In this document: in pieces, positions 48,042 through 54,346 of the stretch | Layout: each line of letters starts with the position of its first letter | How positions within the stretch are numbered: the stretch's first letter is position 1 | Virus record (IMG/VR): IMGVR_UViG_3300009873_000001 | Source: a virus | Lineage: Duplodnaviria > Caudoviricetes | DNA length: 64,000 nt | Direction: 5' to 3' (one strand) | Position numbers and translations under genes: made by a program | Notes under the pieces: model-generated | Databases searched by the model: none | What the model saw: only the letters and a program-made list of their open reading frames with translations | What the model was told of the DNA's origin: nothing

Positions 48042-48113
48042 TCGAGCACCCGGGACTTGCACCCGGAGTCTCTGCGTCCCAAACGCAGCGCCTTTCTATT
48101 AGGCCAGTGCTCG
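48042..48113 (-). tRNA. tRNA-Pro(TGG)
   Basis: CTGCG-TTTGGGA-CGCAG. Confidence 0.85.
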
Positions 48114-48124
48114 TTGTTGATCGA

Positions 48125-48213
48125 CGGAGCGCGCAGGACTCGCACCTGATCCCGGTTGCCCAGGACCGTCGGCTTAGCAAACCGCGCCCAGCGCCTGGCT
48201 GAGTTCACGCTCC
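48125..48213 (-). tRNA. tRNA-Ser(GCT)
   Basis: loop TTGCTAA, long arm, G73. Confidence 0.85.
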
Positions 48214-48215
48214 AA

Positions 48216-48287
48216 TAGGACCGGCGAGAGTCGCACTCGCTTCTCCACGTTATCAGCGTGGCATCTTATCTCGTGGACGACGGTCCC
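48216..48287 (-). tRNA. tRNA-Ile(GAT)
   Basis: CCACG-CTGATAA-CGTGG. Confidence 0.85.
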
Positions 48288-48288
48288 A

Positions 48289-48362
48289 TGCTTCCTCCGG
48301 GATTTGCACCCGGAAGCTCCTGCACCTCAAGCAGGCGAGTCTGCTAGTTCCTCCAAGGAAGC
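48289..48362 (-). tRNA. tRNA-Leu(GAG), short variable loop
   Basis: CCTGC-TTGAGGT-GCAGG. Confidence 0.85.
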
Positions 48363-48370
48363 GTGTATGG

Positions 48371-48501
48371 CGCCCGACGAGAACGACGAAGACGTTTTTG
48401 ACCTCCGAGTCGAACGGAATCTCCAGCTTGTGGCTGGCGCATTTCCCAATGCTAGGCCTGCAGAGTTGGTTGCAGTTGTAGTCCTTGTCAACATTCGGGC
48501 A
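48371..48501 (-). ncRNA. Y-RNA-like ncRNA c
   Basis: TGCCCGAATGT...CTCGTCGGGCG; internal unpermuted mini-cloverleaf. Confidence 0.75.
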
Positions 48502-48509
48502 TGTATTCT

Positions 48510-48582
48510 TGCTCTGGGCGGGGCTCGCACCCGCATGCTCCCGTTTTAAGTCGGGCGCCTGTGCTGCTTCGGCTACCAGAGC
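48510..48582 (-). tRNA. tRNA-Leu(TAA), short variable loop, anticodon arm 1 nt short
   Basis: CCCG-ACTTAAAA-CGGG. Confidence 0.75.
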
Positions 48583-48588
48583 GTGTAG

Positions 48589-48662
48589 TGTCCCACCCCG
48601 GATTTGCACCGGGAAACTCCTCGGCCTGAGCGAGGCGAGTCTGCTAGTTCCTCCAGCGGGAC
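48589..48662 (-). tRNA. tRNA-Leu(CAG), short variable loop
   Basis: CCTCG-CTCAGGC-CGAGG. Confidence 0.85.
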
Positions 48663-48665
48663 GCA

Positions 48666-48738
48666 TGCTCCAGGCGGGATTCGCACCCGCATACCCTCGT
48701 TCTTGAGACGAGTGCCTCTGCTGTTCGGCCACCGGAGC
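48666..48738 (-). tRNA. tRNA-Leu(CAA), short variable loop
   Basis: CTCGT-CTCAAGA-ACGAG. Confidence 0.85.
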
Positions 48739-48746
48739 TGGTTCGA

Positions 48747-48818
48747 TAGGGCGCCAGGGAGTTGAACCCCGGTCTGCTCCTCATAAGAGAGCGGTCCTGA
48801 CCGTTAGACGAGCGCCCC
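48747..48818 (-). tRNA. tRNA with TAT anticodon (nominal Ile)
   Basis: GCTCT-CTTATGA-GGAGC; the only array tRNA with canonical GG/TTC. Confidence 0.8.
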
Positions 48819-48863
48819 AGCGTGAAGCCGGCGCGCAGCTATTCGAAACATGACCGCTCCTTT

Positions 48864-48944
48864 TGCAGCTGGCGGGACTCGCACCCGCACTCCGTGAGGA
48901 ACCGGCTCCTAAGACCGGCGCGTCTGCTGTTCCGCCACAGCTGC
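48864..48944 (-). tRNA. tRNA-Leu(TAG)
   Basis: loop CTTAGGA, long arm. Confidence 0.9.
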
Positions 48945-48947
48945 TAG

Positions 48948-49140
48948 TTGGCTGACGAGTGGAGATCGAGTCCTCGAGCTTTCGCCCGATATGGCCTCCC
49001 GCACTGGACCGAGCAAGCCCGGTTACCAGCCGCTGGCGCGCGTCGAGCAACTACGGGAGCTGCACAACGCTGACTAGTCCCTCGCGGGAACAATCGCTAC
49101 CTTAGGGCCGTCATGTAGATCCGATCGAGCATTCAGCCAA
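48948..49140 (-). ncRNA. Y-RNA-like ncRNA d (193 nt, non-tRNA cargo)
   Basis: TTGGCTGAATGC...CTCGTCAGCCAA; GNRA hairpins inside. Confidence 0.7.
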
Positions 49141-49212
49141 TACTCCCGAGAGGAATTGCACCCCTATCTGACGGTCCGTAGCCGTCTGTCCTATCTGTTG
49201 AACGACGGGAGC
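49141..49212 (-). tRNA. tRNA-Arg(ACG)
   Basis: GACGG-CTACGGA-CCGTC. Confidence 0.85.
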
Positions 49213-49216
49213 TTGA

Positions 49217-49289
49217 TCCTGAGTCCGGGACTTGCACCCGGCGTATCGTGGTCCACAGCCACGCGTGGCGCTATCTCCACCTACTCAGG
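49217..49289 (-). tRNA. tRNA-His(GTG)
   Basis: CGTGG-CTGTGGA-CCACG; no encoded G-1/C73. Confidence 0.8.
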
Positions 49290-49292
49290 TCA

Positions 49293-49363
49293 CGCGGACA
49301 CTGGGAATCGCACCCAGGACTCCAGCTTGGGAAGCTGGCACGTTGCTCCTACGCCATGCCCGC
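49293..49363 (-). tRNA. tRNA-Gly(CCC)
   Basis: CCAGC-TTCCCAA-GCTGG. Confidence 0.85.
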
Positions 49364-49370
49364 AAAACGA

Positions 49371-49455
49371 TCCGCGCGGTGTGAGTCGCACACACAGGGA
49401 TTTTTAGGCCATCTGATTTACAGTCAGCTCCGGCTCTCTACCGGCCTACGCGCGG
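49371..49455 (-). tRNA. tRNA-Tyr(GTA) with C1-G72
   Basis: loop CTGTAAA, long variable region. Confidence 0.8.
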
Positions 49456-49458
49456 TTG

Positions 49459-49591
49459 CTGGACGACTAGTTTTTGCTGAGACGTGTGGTGTTGATCTAC
49501 ATGCGGCTTGCGCCGCAAGGCGGGATTCGCACCCGCAACCTTCAGAACGAGTCTGATGATCTATCTGTAGTCCCAACGAGCATTCGTCCAG
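49459..49591 (-). ncRNA. Y-RNA-like ncRNA e
   Basis: CTGGACGAATGC...CTAGTCGTCCAG; tRNA fold opened in the D loop. Confidence 0.8.
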
Positions 49592-49592
49592 A

Positions 49593-49664
49593 AGCGGGTG
49601 AGGAGGGTTGCACTCCCGACCTCAACGTTGGCAACGTCGCGCTCTACTACTGAGCTACACCCGC
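49593..49664 (-). tRNA. tRNA-Gly(GCC)
   Basis: loop TTGCCAA, U73. Confidence 0.9.
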
Positions 49665-49748
49665 ACGCTCCGACGCTGGAGCTGCCCCAGCCAGGCCCGC
49701 AGGCGCAAGCAAGGACGCCTTGGCTCACAACCATGCGTCGATCGGAGT

Positions 49749-49820
49749 TGGGCACGGTGAGGATCGCACTCACGACTTCTTGCTTGTAAGGCAAGCACTC
49801 TACTGCTGAGTTACGCGCCC
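49749..49820 (-). tRNA. tRNA-Val(TAC)
   Basis: CTTGC-CTTACAA-GCAAG. Confidence 0.9.
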
Positions 49821-49824
49821 GTGA

Positions 49825-49954
49825 TTCCGCGACAAGGGGTGCTGAGACATTTATCCAGGCGCGCTGCTATTACGCTATACCCGATCTTTCGACCGGGCAT
49901 CCGGATTCGCACCGGCACTTCCTGGGCCATGTAGTCCCTGCTGCATTCGCGGAA
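49825..49954 (-). ncRNA. Y-RNA-like ncRNA f (YrlA-type topology)
   Basis: TTCCGCGAATGC...CTTGTCGCGGAA; T arm, GAAA-capped acceptor, D arm, joined through the anticodon stem CCAGG/CCTGG. Confidence 0.85.
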
Positions 49955-50026
49955 CAGCCCGCCAGGGACTTGCACCCTGAACCTTGCGCTCCAAAGGCGC
50001 TCGCTCTTCTGTTGAGCTAGCGGGCG
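49955..50026 (-). tRNA. tRNA-Gln(TTG)
   Basis: loop CTTTGGA, G73. Confidence 0.85.
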
Positions 50027-50037
50027 ACGAGAATCGA

Positions 50038-50109
50038 CTGCCCCTCTAGGAATCGCACCTAGGTCTCTCGGGTCAGAGCCGAGCGTCCGTGCTGCTGGAC
50101 TAAGGGGCA
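50038..50109 (-). tRNA. tRNA-Gln(CTG)
   Basis: CTCGG-CTCTGAC-CCGAG, U1-A72. Confidence 0.9.
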
Positions 50110-50119
50110 ATGTAGTTCG

Positions 50120-50347
50120 TTACGCGGACATGTTGATCTTCGTGCTACCGACGGCCTGAGCTAGCGTTTGTCGTGCGCCACTCGGGCCTCCAAACAAGAA
50201 TCGCGCTCGAGAGCGCTGTCGCCAGTGGCCGTGTTCGATTCGCGCCTGGCGCTCATCTGGCTTCGCACGCTTGCAGCGTCGCAGGTGGGAAGTAAGGCCG
50301 TTGGCCGAAAACTCTCCTTGGCAATACGGGCAGGTGGGATTGTTCAT
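50120..50347 (-). CDS. small zinc-finger protein
   Basis: CPYCQGEF...L..H..RC. Confidence 0.55.
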   Translation of the reverse strand: MNNPTCPYCQGEFSANGLTSHLRRCKRAKPDERQARIEHGHWRQRSRARFLFGGPSGARQTLAQAVGSTKINMSA

Positions 50348-50350
50348 GAT

Positions 50351-50423
50351 CAGGGGCGCTCGGAGTTGCACCGAGATCTCGGGTTTTGGAGGCCCGCCGG
50401 TTCCTGTTACCTGTCACGCCCCT
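50351..50423 (-). tRNA. tRNA-Trp(CCA)
   Basis: loop CTCCAAA, A1-U72, G73. Confidence 0.85.
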
Positions 50424-50430
50424 ATGCGAG

Positions 50431-50515
50431 CTTATGGGGTAGGACTCGCACCTACAGAGGGTCGCCCCACCTGGTTAACAGCCAGGCCCGCTACTGAATT
50501 ACGGTATACCCATGA
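50431..50515 (-). tRNA. tRNA-Asn(GTT) with atypical long variable arm
   Basis: CCTGG-CTGTTAA-CCAGG followed by GGG-GCGA-CCC. Confidence 0.75.
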
Positions 50516-50587
50516 CTCACCGGGTAGGGATCGCACCTACGACCCTCGCGTTAACAGCGCGCCGCTCTACTGCTGAGCTACCGGTGA
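50516..50587 (-). tRNA. tRNA-Asn(GTT)
   Basis: loop CTGTTAA, U1-A72, G73. Confidence 0.9.
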
Positions 50588-50593
50588 AGGAGA

Positions 50594-50665
50594 TGACGCC
50601 GAAGGGACTTGCACCCTCAGCCTCCTGGCTGAGAACCAGGCGATCTTCTGTTGATCTACGGCGCC
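50594..50665 (-). tRNA. tRNA-Glu(CTC)
   Basis: CCTGG-TTCTCAG-CCAGG. Confidence 0.85.
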
Positions 50666-50669
50666 ATAC

Positions 50670-50738
50670 TCGGCCGACAAGAAGCGACCGTGAGAGTTCA
50701 TTTCCCTAAAATGTACTCACGACCATGCATTCGACCGA
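50670..50738 (-). ncRNA. minimal Y-RNA-like ncRNA g (69 nt, stem only)
   Basis: TCGGTCGAATGC...CTTGTCGGCCGA. Confidence 0.7.
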
Positions 50739-50812
50739 TTGCGGAGGCGAGATTCGCACTCGCGACCTCAGGGTTATGAGCCCTGCGAGCTACTGGGCTG
50801 CTCCACTCCGCG
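50739..50812 (-). tRNA. initiator tRNA-fMet(CAT)
   Basis: C1xA72 mismatch, GGG/CCC anticodon stem. Confidence 0.9.
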
Positions 50813-50816
50813 ACGA

Positions 50817-50890
50817 CGCGCACGACGGGACTTGCACCCGCAAACCTTCGGCTCGACAGGCCGCTACTCTTCTAATTGAGCTACGTGCGC
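50817..50890 (-). tRNA. tRNA-Asp(GTC)
   Basis: loop CTGTCGA, G73. Confidence 0.85.
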
Positions 50891-50894
50891 AGGT

Positions 50895-51021
50895 TCCGAC
50901 GACAAGAGGAGCCAAGTGGCTTTGATCTAGCCCACGCCCTCCCACGAGTGGGAGTCCCGGGAGTCGAACCCAGGTCGATCCGTTTATCAGACGGATGTAC
51001 ACCCAGCGAGCATTCGTCGGA
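50895..51021 (-). ncRNA. Y-RNA-like ncRNA h
   Basis: TCCGACGAATGC...CTTGTCGTCGGA; Ile-like anticodon arm TCCGT-CTGATAA-ACGGA, T arm, looped acceptor. Confidence 0.8.
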
Positions 51022-51093
51022 TGGACACGCCCGGAATTGCACCAGGTCCTTGCGGTCTTCAGCCGCGCGCTCTACTGATTGAGCTACGTGTCC
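51022..51093 (-). tRNA. tRNA-Phe(GAA)
   Basis: loop CTGAAGA. Confidence 0.9.
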
Positions 51094-51405
51094 AAGAAGG
51101 CAGGCGAGTTGAGAAAGGGCGGACGGCTGGCTGCACGAGCTCTACGACCGTCGGATCGAGCATACCATACGGGCTGCCCCGGCCTGGCTGTCACGCGTTC
51201 TTCTTTGGCGGCAAGGCCACGAACCACAACGACTTGCCAGCTGTGGGCACGAGCTGCCAGCCAGGCGGCAAGGTCGGCGGATCGCGCGAGGCGTCCGCGC
51301 GGACGAAGATCAGCCCGGACTCCTTGCCGAGCGCCGTTTCGTACCCGGCTGCCGTCAGCTTCGCGCGCAGCTCGTCGCGCTCTCGCGTTCTTGGCAAGTC
51401 GTCGG

Positions 51406-51834
51406 TCATGGCGTTGCTTCGATCGTGACGACGCGCTCCAGCTCGGCCAGGCATGCTTGCTTCTGCGCAGCTGGAACAATGATCTCTGCCGCGAGCGCGA
51501 TCTTCTCGAAGGCGTCCTTGCTCATCGAGAAGCTGCCCCATGGCGCGATCAAGATCCTGCCGCCGTCTTCGCAGGGCATGTTGACTTTCATGTCGCGCAA
51601 CCCGAGCGGAACATAGGCGCAGCTGCTGGGCTGATCGAACGGCTCCCAGCGGCTCTCTACTATCCCCTTGGAGTGGCGCGCGACCCACAGTTCTGCGGGG
51701 CCCTGCGCTTGGAATCGCGCCCGGAGCACACCGTTGGCTCCGTCCCAGTGCAGCTCGAGCTTGTCGAGCCTGTTTACTTGCCGCCGCTCAGCCCCAGCAG
51801 TCTTCTCGCCCATCCCGGCAGTGCTATCCACCAC
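51406..51834 (-). CDS. hypothetical protein
   Basis: codon bias, overlap. Confidence 0.6.
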   Translation of the reverse strand: MVDSTAGMGEKTAGAERRQVNRLDKLELHWDGANGVLRARFQAQGPAELWVARHSKGIVESRWEPFDQPSSCAYVPLGLRDMKVNMPCEDGGRILIAPWGSFSMSKDAFEKIALAAEIIVPAAQKQACLAELERVVTIEATP

Positions 51835-51949
51835 GGCGCAACCTCCCCGACGAATCTGGTCCAGTGATCACAGTCGTAGTCGGCGTCTGGCGTGCCGCCG
51901 AACACCACGCCAGCCCCGCAGTCAGGACACCGCTGCGGCCACTTCGTGT

Positions 51950-52444
51950 TCATGGTCCCAGGTTCCACTTCAAGAACTCGCGCGCCTCTGCCGGTTTGAG
52001 GATCACGCCGTAGTAGAGGTCTCTGACCTCGGTGGTCTCGACGACTTCCGGCTCGTCGTCGGTTCCGATCAACACGCCCCAGGAGTGCTGCCGCCAGAGC
52101 TTGATCCCGTCTGGGTCTTTGGTCATGCCATAGCCGGTGGCAATGGCCGTGAGTTGGCGGGCCGCGTACAGCTCGGCCACGTTGCTGTGGCAGCGGCTCA
52201 TGCTCATGCTCAGCAGGTGAACTTGATCGCCGCCCTCCCAGAGCTGGCCGCGCTTCAGGATCTTTGCGAGGTCCGGTTCACGAATGGGCAAGAGCACGAA
52301 GTCGCCGCCCTGGTCTAGCAGCAGTTCAACCAGCGGCCGAAGGTCTTGCTTGGACTCCTTCAGATAGTCGGCGGTGCGTTTCTCGAGCCAGCGCCAGCGG
52401 TCCTTGCCGGCCTTGGAGCGAATGCGCTTGGGCGGCGCGGTCAC
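51950..52444 (-). CDS. hypothetical protein (CH.N...TGY...W.QHSW motif)
   Basis: GTG start overlapping the upstream stop. Confidence 0.65.
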   Translation of the reverse strand: MTAPPKRIRSKAGKDRWRWLEKRTADYLKESKQDLRPLVELLLDQGGDFVLLPIREPDLAKILKRGQLWEGGDQVHLLSMSMSRCHSNVAELYAARQLTAIATGYGMTKDPDGIKLWRQHSWGVLIGTDDEPEVVETTEVRDLYYGVILKPAEAREFLKWNLGP

Positions 52445-52893
52445 AGCACTCCCCAATCGTATGGCCTGAACGCAGAGACCTCTTCGTACTCGTGACCCTT
52501 GCTGTGCTGGTGGTCGCGGGCGAGAACGCACCGCAACCGGCCAGAGTCGTAGCTCGCGTCGCAGTAGCCAAACTGAGGAGGGGATCTGGTGGACGCCGGC
52601 CACCTGACTGTGCCCATGCCGAGGCCGGTCCTGCAGCTGTGCTGCGAGTCGTGCTGAGATTGCAAGTCGCAGATAGCGCCAGACGGGCCGCGTGCTAGAC
52701 ACAATTCGTGGTCAGCCTCCGACGGGAGCGACGACAACCAAGGCTTCAGCTCGAATGGCGGCGGGCTGCTCGAAATGTAGCGCTCCGCCTTGCGCAGCCA
52801 AGCCAGCACTTCAGGCGGCGGCTCTGGGACGACCTTCACGCCCCACCGCTCGCGCAGTTCGCGCAGCAGCTCCTGAATTCGCTCGTCGGCCAT
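52441..52893 (-). CDS. tag-variant protein with two C..C..H..H repeats
   Basis: MADERIQELLRELRERWGVKVVPEPP. Confidence 0.7.
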   Translation of the reverse strand: MADERIQELLRELRERWGVKVVPEPPPEVLAWLRKAERYISSSPPPFELKPWLSSLPSEADHELCLARGPSGAICDLQSQHDSQHSCRTGLGMGTVRWPASTRSPPQFGYCDASYDSGRLRCVLARDHQHSKGHEYEEVSAFRPYDWGVL

Positions 52894-52990
52894 TACCGTC
52901 TCCGCTTGCTCCAGAACTTCACGAGCATGAAGATCACGCCAGCGTGGAAGGCTAGGGCGGCCACAGCCAATACGACCTCATTCTGGTCCA

Positions 52991-53257
52991 TTACAGCTTC
53001 ACCCGCGTGCCGTCGCAGGCTACGGTCAGGATCGGATCTTCGGGGTCGTGCTCATGGTCGCGGTAGGGCTCCTGGCATGTGTCGCACAGCGCCAGCGCCT
53101 GAGCGTGCTCGAAGGCGGCGCGCAGCTGCGCCGCTCGAGGCCCGTGCAACACGCAGGCCGAGCGGTCCATGGACGAGAATGGCTTGGGCTCGTGGCAGGG
53201 CACGCACGCGCAGAACGGGCGCCGGAATTCGACCTTGCCGCAATCGCAGTGTTCCAT
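52991..53257 (-). CDS. small Cys-rich protein
   Basis: divergent from the 53281 promoter. Confidence 0.5.
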   Translation of the reverse strand: MEHCDCGKVEFRRPFCACVPCHEPKPFSSMDRSACVLHGPRAAQLRAAFEHAQALALCDTCQEPYRDHEHDPEDPILTVACDGTRVKL

Positions 53258-53280
53258 GCCGCGATCATACCAAAAACGAG

Positions 53281-53309
53281 TTGACAGCCTCCAGCCTGTT
53301 GTCTATCTT
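53281..53309 (+). promoter_or_regulatory. sigma70-type promoter
   Basis: TTGACA-17 bp-TATCTT. Confidence 0.75.
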
Positions 53310-53356
53310 GGCCGGCACAGAACCGCCTTCCGGCCGCTGGTGGCCTACAAGCAACC

Positions 53357-53431
53357 GAGGTTTTCGCTCAGCGGTAGAGCGTCGGGTTACCAACCCGAAG
53401 GTCGTGGGTTCGAATCCCACAAACTTCACCA
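53357..53431 (+). tRNA. atypical tRNA: anticodon ACC (Gly codon) with G3-U70/A73, CCA encoded
   Basis: GAGGTTT/AAACTTC acceptor; TCGGG-TTACCAA-CCCGA; canonical D and T loops. Confidence 0.85.
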
Positions 53432-53439
53432 AACTTTCG

Positions 53440-53473
53440 CGCCTCCCGTCACTCGGGAGGCGGTTCTGTTTCT
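53440..53473 (+). terminator. putative intrinsic terminator or attenuator hairpin
   Basis: CGCCTCCCG-tcact-CGGGAGGCG followed by gttctgtttct. Confidence 0.5.
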
Positions 53474-53674
53474 GGAGGCCGGGCGTGATTCGAGCAGGAA
53501 GCGAAGCGGCGCGTCAGCGGATCATAGCGATTGCGACTCAGATCGTCGCCTCGCAGATCAAGGCCGGTGAGATTGATCCAGAGGACGACGCCGCGCTCAG
53601 GAAGGCGACGCGCCGAGCTGTAGCAGACGCCTCTGCGGCCTACCGTGCAGCGGAAGAGTTCGTGGGCGGCTGAC

Positions 53675-54346
53675 ATGGCTGACGCCCGCGTCCAGGAGCT
53701 GTTGCGCGAACTGCGCGAGCGTTGGGGCGTGCAGGTAATCCCGGTGCCCAGCAAGGACGTGGTCCGCTCCGCGGACACGCTACGCAGGATCGTGGCCGAG
53801 GACTACGTTCGGAACTCGAGCCTCTGGGATCCGAGCAACGCCGCACTGGTGCTCCAGGACTGGCTGGAGGCGTTCAAGACGCTGCGCCCGGACAGTTGCC
53901 CCAATGACTTTCGGGCGGACGCGGTCCTCGATAGCCACTTGGTCTATCACGAAGGAGGCACCGTCGAGGCCAGCTTGGGCCCACTCTCGATCGACTTCGA
54001 GGCCGCGCGTCGTTGTGGCTGGACTGAAGAGACCATGCACCGCGTCTACCTGGCGATCTCCGAGCTCAGTCGCCGAGAAACTAGACTGGCCGCCGAAGCT
54101 AGGGGCTGGACGAAGACCTGCGAGCAGTGTGAACAATGGTGTCACCCGATCGACGGGTGCGAGCCGTGCAGGCAGTCAGCGATCACTTGGAAGGAACGGT
54201 TCACCTGCGCGACGCACGGGACTTTGGACCACTCCCATATCGAACACCCGAGCTGCCCATTCAACGATCTGACCCCGTTAGGTGCGTGTCGGTGCGTGTG
54301 CGTAACGTGTGCTTACGAGCGGGGCGAGCCGGTCCCTGGTCCATGA
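53675..54346 (+). CDS. tag-variant protein with Cys-rich C-terminus
   Basis: MADARVQELLRELRERWGVQVIPVP, near-identical N-terminus to 52441. Confidence 0.7.
   Translation: MADARVQELLRELRERWGVQVIPVPSKDVVRSADTLRRIVAEDYVRNSSLWDPSNAALVLQDWLEAFKTLRPDSCPNDFRADAVLDSHLVYHEGGTVEASLGPLSIDFEAARRCGWTEETMHRVYLAISELSRRETRLAAEARGWTKTCEQCEQWCHPIDGCEPCRQSAITWKERFTCATHGTLDHSHIEHPSCPFNDLTPLGACRCVCVTCAYERGEPVPGP

Noticed and set aside
48510-48582. Ochre suppressor (TTA) reading of the 8-nt loop, or stop-codon recoding
   Set aside because: CT-TAA-AA fits Leu and it lies in a Leu cluster; TAA, TAG and TGA all end genes normally in this window.
44556-51021. Y-like elements as algal/archaeal-type permuted tRNA genes or simple pseudo-tRNAs
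   Set aside because: Disfavoured, not excluded: they share a conserved terminal motif also present in copies with no tRNA fold, and no bulge-helix-bulge is evident.
43374-51093. tmRNA, RNase P RNA, group I introns or a Ro60 gene in the array
   Set aside because: No gap is long enough or shows the diagnostic motifs; none of the ORFs resembles TROVE.
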